This document shows, piece by piece, positions 30,026 through 39,135 of a DNA stretch of 64,000 nucleotides. Under the pieces are notes generated by a model that saw only the letters and a list, made by a program, of their open reading frames with translations, did no database searches and had not been told where the DNA came from. The stretch is from an uncultured Clostridia bacterium (lineage in GTDB: Bacteria; Bacillota; Clostridia; TANB77; CAG-508): positions 31,762 through 95,761 of the forward strand of contig CALXPN010000002.1 of the NCBI GenBank assembly GCA_944390285.1. Reading direction: 5' to 3'. The stretch's first letter is position 1. The number at the start of each line of letters is the position of its first letter. The translations under genes and the position numbers were made by a program.

Positions 30026-30033
30026 AAGACCTG

Positions 30034-30134
30034 ATCTATATAATATAAAAATATTGCAAATATCTTAAAGTCAAGCTAGTTTTTACAGAACTACTTTCCA
30101 AACGATATTTGCAATATTTTTATATTATATAGAT
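30034..30134. repeat. Hairpin/MITE-like element, copy C (short): perfect 31-bp terminal inverted repeats around a 39-bp core with the centre deleted
   Basis: 30034-30064 (atctatataatataaaaatattgcaaatatc) is the exact reverse complement of 30104-30134. Core ttaaagtcaagctagtttttacagaactactttccaaac matches both edges of the A/B cores. Confidence 0.6.
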
Positions 30135-30179
30135 TAGGATTAAAAAAGATAGCCATTTATTTAGACTATCTTTTTATTA

Positions 30180-31619
30180 TTAATATTGTCTTCCCCATAC
30201 AATCATTTTTGTAGCTTTTTTTCCGCAAACTGGACATACATCTGCTAAATGCTCTTGTTTAAATGGCATACATCTTGATGGGGCTCCTGTTACTTCTTTT
30301 ACTTTATCTTCACAAGCTTGATCACCACACCACATTGTTTTTACATAACCTTGATTTTTTTCTAAATTTTCTGCTATTTCATCTAAAGTATATGCAACTG
30401 TTGTTCTTTCATCTCTTACTTTTTCACAAGCTTTAAACATATTTTCTTGAATTTCATTCAAAAGTTCTCCAAGTCTTATATTAAGATTTTTTAATTCTAC
30501 TGTTTCCTTTTCTCCATTATCTCTTCTTGCCAAAATTGCAACACCTTTTTCAATATCTTTTGGTCCTATTTCTATTCTTACAGGGACACCTCTCATTTCC
30601 CAATCATTAAATTTAAATCCTGTAGAATAATTATCTCTATCATCTAATTTAACTCTATAATTTGATTTTAATTCTTCAAAAATTTCATTAGATTTCTCTA
30701 ATACGCCTTCTTTATGTTGAGCAATAGGAACTATAACTGCTTGAATTGGTGCTACTTTTGGAGGTAATTTTAAACCTCTATTATCTCCATGTGCCATTAT
30801 AACTGCACCTATTAATCTTGTTGTAATTCCCCATGATGTTTGATATACATATTCTTCTTTTCCTTCTCTATTTTGAAATTTAATATTAAAAGGTTTTGAA
30901 AAATTTTGTCCAAAATAATGTGAAGTTCCAGCTTGAAGAGCTCTACCATCTTTCATTAAAGTTTCTACAGTATACGTACTATCTGCACCTGCAAATTGCT
31001 CTTTTTTAGTTTTTTTACCTTTTAATACAGGTATTGCTAAAAGATTTTCTATTACATCTGCATAAACATCAAGCATTAACAATGTTCTATCTTCTGCCTC
31101 TTTTGCTGTCTCGTGAATTGTATGACCTTCTTGCCATAAAAATTCTCTAGAACGTAAAAATGGTCTTGTTTCTTTTTCCCATCTTAAAACACTACACCAC
31201 TGATTTCCAAGTATTGGTAAATCTCTCCAAGATTTAACCCATTTAGCATACATTGTAGAAATAATTGTCTCTGAAGTTGGTCTTATACAAAGTCTTTCTT
31301 CTAATTCTTCTCCTCCACCTATTGTAACCCATGCTACTTCTGGAGCAAATCCTTCAACATGTTCTTTTTCTTTCTCAAGCATGCTTTCTGGTATAAGAAG
31401 TGGCATATAAAAATTAGTTATTCCTACTTCTTTAAATTTTTTATCAGCATAATCTTTTATATTTTCCCAAATCGCATAACCATAAGGTTTAATCGCAATA
31501 CAACCTTTAGTTTCTGTATAATCTGCAAGATCTGCTTTTATTACAACATCAGTATACCATTTTGCAAAATCATCTTCTATATTTGTAATTTCCTTAACAA
31601 ATTCTTCTTTTTTTCCCAT
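30180..31619 (-). CDS. proS: Proline--tRNA ligase (archaeal/eukaryote-type class II)
   Basis: 479 aa; class II motifs and C-terminal zinc-binding CxxC...CxxC as in the ProRS type common in Clostridia. Confidence 0.85.
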   Translation of the reverse strand: MGKKEEFVKEITNIEDDFAKWYTDVVIKADLADYTETKGCIAIKPYGYAIWENIKDYADKKFKEVGITNFYMPLLIPESMLEKEKEHVEGFAPEVAWVTIGGGEELEERLCIRPTSETIISTMYAKWVKSWRDLPILGNQWCSVLRWEKETRPFLRSREFLWQEGHTIHETAKEAEDRTLLMLDVYADVIENLLAIPVLKGKKTKKEQFAGADSTYTVETLMKDGRALQAGTSHYFGQNFSKPFNIKFQNREGKEEYVYQTSWGITTRLIGAVIMAHGDNRGLKLPPKVAPIQAVIVPIAQHKEGVLEKSNEIFEELKSNYRVKLDDRDNYSTGFKFNDWEMRGVPVRIEIGPKDIEKGVAILARRDNGEKETVELKNLNIRLGELLNEIQENMFKACEKVRDERTTVAYTLDEIAENLEKNQGYVKTMWCGDQACEDKVKEVTGAPSRCMPFKQEHLADVCPVCGKKATKMIVWGRQY

Positions 31620-31640
31620 AATTTACCTCCAATTTTAAAT

Positions 31641-32258
31641 TTAATTTTCTTCTTTTTTTTCTCTTACATTAAATTTCCCGTCTTCCCTTTCGGGCATTGG
31701 AGCCTCAATTACATCATCTATAACTATTTGTTCATTTTCATCTAATTTATATCTTGGAAGTTCTGGAAGTTCTTCTAAACTTGAAATTCCAAACATTTTC
31801 ATAAATTTATTTGTTACCCTATACATTGTTGGTCTTCCAGGAGCATCAAGTTTCCCAGCTTCTTCTATTAAATCAAATTCTAATAACTTATATACTGTAC
31901 CATCTGCATTAACACCACGAATAGCTTCTATCTGTGATCTTGTAATATTAGGGTTATATGCAATTATAGATAAAGTTTCAAGAGCAGCATTAGAAATATT
32001 AGGTTTTGCTCTATTATCAAATAAAGGATATATATATTCATAAAGCTCTTTTCTTGTACAAAGTTGATAACTGTCATTTACTTTTATAATCTCAATTCCA
32101 CTATTTCTCGCTTCATATTCTGCTTTCATTTTTAAAATAATTTTATCTATATCTTCTGCACTAAGCTCTAAAACATTCATAATTTCTTTTACACCAACTT
32201 CTCTTCCAGCAGAAAAAAGCATTGCTTCAATTATAGATTCTTCTTTACTTAATCCCAT
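31641..32258 (-). CDS. scpB: Segregation and condensation protein B
   Basis: 205 aa; two winged-helix repeats typical of ScpB (AMLFSAGREV...GRPTMYRVT). Confidence 0.75.
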   Translation of the reverse strand: MGLSKEESIIEAMLFSAGREVGVKEIMNVLELSAEDIDKIILKMKAEYEARNSGIEIIKVNDSYQLCTRKELYEYIYPLFDNRAKPNISNAALETLSIIAYNPNITRSQIEAIRGVNADGTVYKLLEFDLIEEAGKLDAPGRPTMYRVTNKFMKMFGISSLEELPELPRYKLDENEQIVIDDVIEAPMPEREDGKFNVREKKEEN

Positions 32259-32470
32259 ATTTCCCTCCTTTCACAGTATTTATATATTATTACATAAAAA
32301 TCCTAAAATGTCAAACTGTCTATCCCTTTAAATAGCTTTAAAATCAATATTTTTTAAGAAAAATTGACATAGATTTTTTATTGTGATATAATTATATTGG
32401 ATTTATTTATAAGAAAATTTATTGTAATTCTTTTCTAACCACATTTTATATTAGGAGGGAATATAGTTAT

Positions 32471-32713
32471 ATGAAAAATAATAATAACGATAATAATAAT
32501 AATAATGAAAATGCAATAAAAATAGTAGTTGGCGATGAATCTGTATTAAATATCTCTGAAGTTAATGATTATATGAATGATTTACGTCCAAGAAAAATTG
32601 ATAATACAAATCTTATTATACCTGTACCTAAAAAGAAAATTGAAAAAACTAAAAAAGTTGCTAAAAAGAAGAAAAAAATAAATAAAACTATAAAAAAAGA
32701 AATTGAAAAATAA
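32471..32713 (+). CDS. Hypothetical low-complexity Asn/Lys-rich small protein
   Basis: 80 aa; good RBS (AGGAGGG); no family. Confidence 0.3.
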   Translation: MKNNNNDNNNNNENAIKIVVGDESVLNISEVNDYMNDLRPRKIDNTNLIIPVPKKKIEKTKKVAKKKKKINKTIKKEIEK

Positions 32714-32741
32714 ATTTCAATTTCTTTTTTTATAGTTTTAT

Positions 32742-33608
32742 TTAGTATGAATAAGCTTCATTTAAAATCACTTCATATCTTGCATAGTTTACTAATTCGT
32801 TTTTTTCATCATTCCAAATTCCAGAATCTATAATTCTTTCTTCGTCTCCTGATTTTATATCATATATATATGTTTCTTTAACATCTAAAATATTATCTTG
32901 CAAATCGTAATAAACTATTGAAAATCCAACACAATTTATCTCTTCTGTATAATTGTTTTTTAAAGTTATATTTATTTCACCATTTTTTAATTCATTTGCA
33001 ATTGAGATATAATCATTTAGATAATAATCTTTGTAACTTTCATCATAAAAATCTTCTTTAGTTATAAAAGTCTCATATCTAACTTGATTTTTGGGTAATT
33101 CTTCAAATTTTAAAAATCTTGATGAATTAGCTTTAAAATAATCTATATATTGTTTTTTAATATCTATTATTTTATTTGATTCATCATAATAAACTACATA
33201 AACCAAAATATTTGTTATATCTTCATTATTTTGATTTGTCATATTCAATATTAATTCATTATTTATACTTATTGATTGTTTTACTATTTGTATATTTTGT
33301 TTTTGTGTTTCAAAATTTGATTTTCTTATTTGTTCTTGAACTTCATAATCATAAACATCTTCATTTATATCTCTATAATCTTCATAATATTCATCACTAT
33401 ATTCAGAATCATCCTTATAATTATAATAATATAAAACTATTCCAACTACTACTATTAATATAATGGCTATTATTATATTCTCTTTATTTTTTTTCAATTT
33501 CCCTCTTACTTGTGCTTTTTTGCTATTTTCATCATCATCTAAACCATCTAATTCATCCATAAGTTTTTGATTGTCTAACTCATTTAAATCTTTTTTATCT
33601 TCTTTCAT
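32742..33608 (-). CDS. Hypothetical membrane-anchored protein
   Basis: Likely start MKEDKK at 33608 after AGGGGGA; single TM (IIIAIILIVVVGIVLYYY) then a Tyr/Asp/Glu-rich extracytoplasmic region. Confidence 0.4.
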   Translation of the reverse strand: MKEDKKDLNELDNQKLMDELDGLDDDENSKKAQVRGKLKKNKENIIIAIILIVVVGIVLYYYNYKDDSEYSDEYYEDYRDINEDVYDYEVQEQIRKSNFETQKQNIQIVKQSISINNELILNMTNQNNEDITNILVYVVYYDESNKIIDIKKQYIDYFKANSSRFLKFEELPKNQVRYETFITKEDFYDESYKDYYLNDYISIANELKNGEINITLKNNYTEEINCVGFSIVYYDLQDNILDVKETYIYDIKSGDEERIIDSGIWNDEKNELVNYARYEVILNEAYSY

Positions 33609-33724
33609 GCTATTTCCCCCTATATAAATTTTACCTATTAAAAAAATTTTTTTCAATATATTTTATAAAATAATGTATTTTTTTTTAATTATTGATATAA
33701 TTTAAAAAAATGTTGGAGGGAATT

Positions 33725-35095
33725 ATGAATATACGAGAAAAAATTTATTCAAAAAAACATCTAAAAGAAGTACTTCACACAACTTTAAACCCTTATGAAC
33801 CAGGAGCTGTTAGAATACATCTTGTACCACCAAAGTCTTCTTTTTGGAAATCAAGACCAAGTATAGTTATTTTAAATGGAAAAGATATTATTCCTATTAA
33901 TGAAGCTTGGGCAATTTTACTTTCGATTTTTATAAATGAAGTAAACAAATTTGAAGGTAAAGCTATTCAAGATAAACTTCTTGATAGAATTTTAAAAAAC
34001 ACTGTAGAAAAGACTAGAAAAATCTATAAGAAAACTGGAAGAATTGAAATTAAAGAAGACTTAAAAGAACTAATTAAAGTATTTACAGATATTGCATCAA
34101 CTGGTACTACTGATATTGATGTTGGCCAAATGTCTATAGGAGAATATGCTCCTAATATGCAGTCTCCACATAGAATGGATTTAATGATTAGTTCAATGAG
34201 TAAAAATAATAACTGGAATTGTAATCAAAAATGTATCCATTGCTATGCTGCTGGACAAAAGCTATCTGAAAAAGAAGAACTTTCAACAGAAGAATGGAAA
34301 AAAGTAATTGATATATGTCAAAAAGAATGTATTCCACAGCTTACATTTACTGGTGGAGAACCAACAATGAGAAAAGATTTAGTTGAACTTATAGAATATT
34401 CAAAATGGTTTATAACAAGGTTAAACACAAATGGTGTACTTCTTACAGAAAAGCTTTGTAAAGAACTATATGAAGCGAGTTTAGATAGTGTTCAAGTTAC
34501 TCTATATTCTAATAATCCAGAAATCCATAATAAATTAGTTGGAGCTGATAATTTTGAAAAAACTATAACAGGTATAAAAAATGCAATTAATGCTGGATTA
34601 AATGTAAGTATAAATACTCCACTATGTACATTAAATAAAAATTATATAAATACATTAAAATTCGCAAAAGAGCTTGGTATAACTTATGTTACTTGCTCTG
34701 GACTTATAGTCACTGGAAATGCAAAAGAAAAACAATCAAAAGATACTCAATTATCAGAAAAAGAATTATATACAATCTTAAAAGATGCAAAAAATTATAC
34801 AGATGACAATCTTATGGAATTAGGATTCACGTCTCCTGGTTGGGTAAAAGAAGATGATTTAAGAAAATTAAATCTTGATGTTCCGACTTGTGGTGCATGC
34901 TTAAGCAATATGGCTATTGCCCCAAATGGAGATGTAGTTCCTTGTCAAAGTTGGTTAGATGAAAAATCTAATTTAGGAAATATCTTAAAAACAAAATGGA
35001 AAAAAATATGGAATAATCCTATTTGCAAAAAACAAAGAGAATTTTCAAGTAAAATGTATTATACTTGTCCTCTAAAAGGAGGTAACAATGAATAA
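33725..35095 (+). CDS. Radical SAM enzyme with C-terminal SPASM/twitch-like Cys-rich domain and ~150-aa N-terminal extension
   Basis: CNQKCIHC (CxxxCxxC) radical SAM motif; GGEP motif; C-terminal CGACLSN...PCQSW plus further Cys. ATG at 33725 follows GGAGGG. Confidence 0.7.
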   Translation: MNIREKIYSKKHLKEVLHTTLNPYEPGAVRIHLVPPKSSFWKSRPSIVILNGKDIIPINEAWAILLSIFINEVNKFEGKAIQDKLLDRILKNTVEKTRKIYKKTGRIEIKEDLKELIKVFTDIASTGTTDIDVGQMSIGEYAPNMQSPHRMDLMISSMSKNNNWNCNQKCIHCYAAGQKLSEKEELSTEEWKKVIDICQKECIPQLTFTGGEPTMRKDLVELIEYSKWFITRLNTNGVLLTEKLCKELYEASLDSVQVTLYSNNPEIHNKLVGADNFEKTITGIKNAINAGLNVSINTPLCTLNKNYINTLKFAKELGITYVTCSGLIVTGNAKEKQSKDTQLSEKELYTILKDAKNYTDDNLMELGFTSPGWVKEDDLRKLNLDVPTCGACLSNMAIAPNGDVVPCQSWLDEKSNLGNILKTKWKKIWNNPICKKQREFSSKMYYTCPLKGGNNE

Positions 35096-35984
35096 AAAAT
35101 TTATTATATTTATAATAGTATTAATTGCTATTTTAGCTTTAATTTACTTTGCTGGTTCTTCTAAAGAATTAGATAGAATTGAAAATTATACTATTACAGT
35201 AACTCCTCAAGATGATGGAACATTAAATATGATTTATGATATAAAATGGAAAGTTCTAGATTCAACTACTGAAGGTCCTCTTGAATGGGTACAAATTGGA
35301 ATTCCTAATGAAAATGTAGATAATATAACTGCATTATCAAATAATATTGAAAGTATAGAACAATATAATTCTACATATGTAAAAATTGTATTTAAAAATA
35401 GTTATGAAGCAAATGAAGTTGTAAATTTTAGATATAAAATCCATCAAAAAAATATGTATACCCTAGAAGGAAGTAATTGTAAATATGAATTTACTCCTGG
35501 ATGGTTTAAAGATATTGCAGTTGATAATATTTCTGTAAAATGGAAAGCAAATTCAGTTTCATCTGCAAATACAGAAACTAGAGAAAATGGTTTTTATGTA
35601 TGGCAAACATCATTAAAAAAGAATGAAAAATTAAAAGTAGAATTAGAATATCCACAAGAAGCATTTTCAGGACTAACCTCTTCTGGAGAAAATTATAATT
35701 CTTCAAATTATACTAATAATATCAATGGTTTTGGAATTATAGGATTACTTATAGTTATAGCAATAATATCTGCATTTATTGGAATGTTCTCTTCTGACGG
35801 ATATGAAAGACATAGAGGTTATGGTGGAACAAGCTATTATAGAAGTAGTTGTGTAAGTAGCTGTGCTTGTGTAAATAGTTGTGCATGCGCTTGTGCTTGT
35901 GCTGGTGGTGGAAGAGCTGGTTGTTCAAAAAAAGATTTTTATGGGACAAAACTAAAATCTAAAGATATTTTGAAAAAATTATAA
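35088..35984 (+). CDS. DUF2207-N-domain-like membrane protein with Cys-rich C-terminal tail, translationally coupled to the radical SAM gene
   Basis: ATG sits inside ATGAATAA overlapping the upstream stop; AAAGGAGG RBS. N-terminal anchor, DUF2207-like ectodomain, second TM, tail SSCVSSCACVNSCACACACAGGGRAGC (8 Cys in about 25 aa). Confidence 0.5.
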   Translation: MNKKFIIFIIVLIAILALIYFAGSSKELDRIENYTITVTPQDDGTLNMIYDIKWKVLDSTTEGPLEWVQIGIPNENVDNITALSNNIESIEQYNSTYVKIVFKNSYEANEVVNFRYKIHQKNMYTLEGSNCKYEFTPGWFKDIAVDNISVKWKANSVSSANTETRENGFYVWQTSLKKNEKLKVELEYPQEAFSGLTSSGENYNSSNYTNNINGFGIIGLLIVIAIISAFIGMFSSDGYERHRGYGGTSYYRSSCVSSCACVNSCACACACAGGGRAGCSKKDFYGTKLKSKDILKKL

Positions 35985-36125
35985 ACTTAATAAATAAGTG
36001 GACACTTATATAAAATTTGAAAAAACAAGTTTTATCAAGGTTTCCACTTATTTGTTTTATATACTAAAATCTTTTTAAAAATTTACCATATAAAATTAGT
36101 GTGATTTTACTTAATTACATTTTTT

Positions 36126-36154
36126 GTATTTTTACTTGACAAATTGGAATAATA
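36126..36154 (+). promoter_or_regulatory. Consensus sigma-A promoter for tRNA-Met
   Basis: TTGACA, 17-nt spacer, TATAAT; about 30 nt upstream of the tRNA 5' end. Confidence 0.55.
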
Positions 36155-36183
36155 CTATTATAATTATATCTGCTGAAAGTTAT

Positions 36184-36260
36184 GGCGATGTAGCTCAGTT
36201 GGCTAGAGCATCCGGTTCATACCCGGCAGGTCGTAGGTTCAAGTCCCACCATCGCTACCA
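36184..36260 (+). tRNA. tRNA-Met (anticodon CAT), elongator-like
   Basis: GGCGATGTAGCTCAGTTGGCTAGAGCATCCGGTTCATACCCGG...CATCGCTACCA; cloverleaf with CAT anticodon loop and encoded CCA; near-identical to the B. subtilis elongator tRNA-Met. Confidence 0.85.
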
Positions 36261-36263
36261 TTA

Positions 36264-36299
36264 ATCAGTCGAAAGACTGATTTTTTTTTATTTTTTTTA
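36264..36299 (+). terminator. Rho-independent terminator after the tRNA
   Basis: Stem atcagtc / gactgat with loop gaaa, followed by a long T-run. Confidence 0.6.
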
Positions 36300-36488
36300 A
36301 ATTTATAAAATTGCTCAAAAAGGTTTATTTATAGCCTTTTTTTATTTTTAACTTTTTTAAAATTCTCTGAACTTTTTACAGCTTTTTTCAATTTACATGC
36401 CCAAGTACAACCCCATTTTTTCAAAAAAATTAATTTGGAGTTTAAAATTACAATCCCAAATTAAATTTGGGGTTGTAAAAATAATAAT

Positions 36489-37052
36489 TTAGATTTCTAA
36501 TTCTTTTTGTTGAATATTTTGTAATAATTTAACACTATCTAGCATATTTTCTTCAAGATAATATTTATTTACTTTTTCTATTTCTTTTTCTTTAAATTTG
36601 TCGAATACTGATGTATATGTATTTAAAGTTACTGATACATCTTTATGTCCCATTAATTTTTGAACAACCACTGGTGCCATACCGCTTTCAATACATCTTG
36701 TTCCGTAAGTATGTCTTAAACTATGTGTTGTAATATCCTCAATTCCAAAGTGTCTTTTTAATAATCTTTTTAGTTCTGTATTTACATTTTCTCTATCTGT
36801 ATATTTTCTACATTCAGGTTTAAATAATAATTTTTCTTCGTTATTTTCTTTTATATATTTTAGTATTTCTAAACCTGATAAGTTTATGTTAATAATTATA
36901 ATATCAATATTTTTATTAATAATACTTTGCATAGCTTCATTTATATTATGTGATATGTTATATATTTTTAAATTACTTATTGAGTTTGAAATTTTGTTAA
37001 TAATTTTAGACATATAATCTAAATTGTTATCAATAATCATTAGATTTTGCAT
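36489..37052 (-). pseudogene. Tyrosine recombinase/phage integrase C-terminal catalytic-domain remnant fused to a receiver-like N-terminal fragment
   Basis: HSLRHTYGTRCIESGMAPVVVQKLMGHKDVSVTLNTYTSV carries the HxxR...Y active-site region of tyrosine recombinases. The N-terminal 80 aa look like a CheY-receiver fragment, and the integrase N-terminal and core-binding domains are missing. Confidence 0.5.
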
Positions 37053-37123
37053 TTTTTCTTCTATCCTTTGTCAATTAATATAGTATATATCGTGAAATTT
37101 TTAAAAAAGTTGTATTTTTATAT

Positions 37124-38461
37124 TTAATCTTTATCAATTTTTTCTAACTCAATTGTAACTGGGTTTCCATAAAACTCTATTATAACAGATATTTTATTTG
37201 TTGCATCATATTTTGTCATTTCAAATGTTTCATAAAAATCAAATTTATTTCCATATATGAAATTAGCATTTTGCTTTCTGGTTGGGCTCATTGTACATCT
37301 AAATTTTTCGTTATTAGAATTAAGGACATAACTTCCTTCAGTATTTTCATTAGATGTTATTATTTGTGATTCGCCATTAACATTTATAGGTTGCATCTTT
37401 TTCCAATATTCTTCATACATTTCTTTATATGGAGATTGACTATATAGTTCTTTTAGTGCATTATTTTCAACATTATCTACATTATTAATATTAGAAAGTA
37501 TAGTTGTAGGTATAATTACTGTTTTTTCATCAACAATTTCTATATCTTTATTAACGTTATTAGAATTAATTTCATTTTCTTTTTTCTTTAACTCTTCTGG
37601 ATATGTTGGTTCTTCTATATCTGAAATAGTAATTCCAATTTCAAATCCAGTATCAGAAACTTTAGCAGTATAAATATCAAAGTTATCGTTATCACAATTT
37701 ACTACTTTGTAATATTCATATGACCTATTGTACATTACTTCAGGAATTTCTAAATGAATTTTCCAATTACCAGAGAGTATTATTGCATCTTCAGTATCTT
37801 TTTTAGTAATTTTAATTTTGCTAAAATTCAAATGTAATTCTTTTAAATGAGGATATTTTTCGTTATAAATATTGTAAGTTAATGTTATAATATTATTTTC
37901 TGAATTATATGCTGTTATAAAATTATTTACACCACCTTTCATATAATCTTCATATTTATAGGATAAATTGTTTTTTATGCAAAAAAATTCAAAGTCTTCT
38001 TGATTAGCTCCATTAAAAACAATTTTGTTATTTTCATCAACAATAATCAAATCGATTAAATCTATATTTTTTAAATTATTTAAATCTATTAAGTTATTTA
38101 TATCATTTTGAAACTGAAAATCAAAGTGAATACCAATATTATAATCATCTATGTAAAAATCACTTATTTTAGTTGCAACATCAATATTATCTATATTTGT
38201 TGTAGAATTTACAAAATCCATATTAGTTTCTTTAATATAACCATTGTTAATTGCTGTTTCTATGCCATTTCCTAAGTTAAATTTATTTTTAATGAAATTG
38301 CTAATATCTGTGGCAAAAACGCAACTGGTAGTTAAAATTATACAAAAACAAGCTACAATTCCTATTTTTTTATTTGTAAATTCTGCATTATTTTTTTCTT
38401 TTTCTTTCATTTTAGATACAGCTATTTTAAATTTGATATATTCTTTTAGTTTATCTTCCAT
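37124..38461 (-). CDS. Membrane-anchored protein, candidate anti-sigma factor (DUF4179-like architecture)
   Basis: 445 aa; short cytoplasmic N-terminus, one TM (IGIVACFCIILTTSCVFA), large extracytoplasmic domain; immediately downstream of the sigma factor gene; AAGGAGG RBS. Confidence 0.4.
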   Translation of the reverse strand: MEDKLKEYIKFKIAVSKMKEKEKNNAEFTNKKIGIVACFCIILTTSCVFATDISNFIKNKFNLGNGIETAINNGYIKETNMDFVNSTTNIDNIDVATKISDFYIDDYNIGIHFDFQFQNDINNLIDLNNLKNIDLIDLIIVDENNKIVFNGANQEDFEFFCIKNNLSYKYEDYMKGGVNNFITAYNSENNIITLTYNIYNEKYPHLKELHLNFSKIKITKKDTEDAIILSGNWKIHLEIPEVMYNRSYEYYKVVNCDNDNFDIYTAKVSDTGFEIGITISDIEEPTYPEELKKKENEINSNNVNKDIEIVDEKTVIIPTTILSNINNVDNVENNALKELYSQSPYKEMYEEYWKKMQPINVNGESQIITSNENTEGSYVLNSNNEKFRCTMSPTRKQNANFIYGNKFDFYETFEMTKYDATNKISVIIEFYGNPVTIELEKIDKD

Positions 38462-38465
38462 TTAA

Positions 38466-38975
38466 CTATCCTCCTTTATAAAAATTCTTTTTGATTTTTT
38501 TTCTTGCTCTATGTAGTCTACTTCTAACATTTATTTCAGAAAGGTTTAATTCTTTAGCTATATCCTTTATAGGTTTATCAAAATAATAGAACATATTTAT
38601 TATTTTAATATCTATTTCTTTTAAACTATTAAATGTTTCTCTTAAATTATCTATATAGAAATTTTTGTCTAAAAAATTTTCTGTATCATAATATCCGATA
38701 CTATTTTCATAATCTGATAAATTATAAGTATAATTTTTTTTTCTAAAACGTTCTCTTACTAAATTCCTTGTAATACCTGAAATATATGAGTCAAATGATA
38801 CGGTTATATTTTTTTGGTTTTTCCATAATATGAAAAAAGTATCTGCTAATATTTCTTCTTTATCTTCAACACTCAAATTATTATTAGACATATTATTGAT
38901 TATTGTTCTAATATATGGTGTATATTCGCTTATTATTTTATCTAAATCTAATTCATTGCTATTTATTGTATTCAT
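38466..38975 (-). CDS. Sigma-70 family RNA polymerase sigma factor (ECF / TcdR-like group)
   Basis: Region 2 (ADTFFILWKN) and region 4 HTH (DIAKELNLSEINVRSRLHRARKKI). Likely start MNTINS at 38975 after AAGGAG; the track start at 39083 is probably too early. Confidence 0.6.
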   Translation of the reverse strand: MNTINSNELDLDKIISEYTPYIRTIINNMSNNNLSVEDKEEILADTFFILWKNQKNITVSFDSYISGITRNLVRERFRKKNYTYNLSDYENSIGYYDTENFLDKNFYIDNLRETFNSLKEIDIKIINMFYYFDKPIKDIAKELNLSEINVRSRLHRARKKIKKNFYKGG

Positions 38976-39135
38976 TAATTGCTCCTTAATAAAATCTCTC
39001 GTATATATAGTGTAATTTTTTTTTAAAAAGTTGCACTTTATTTTTAATTTTTTATTATCAAATTTTTGCAAAAAGTGCAACATTTTTAAAATTTAAGAAA
39101 CTATATATACAAAATCTTAAGAAAGGAGGAATATT

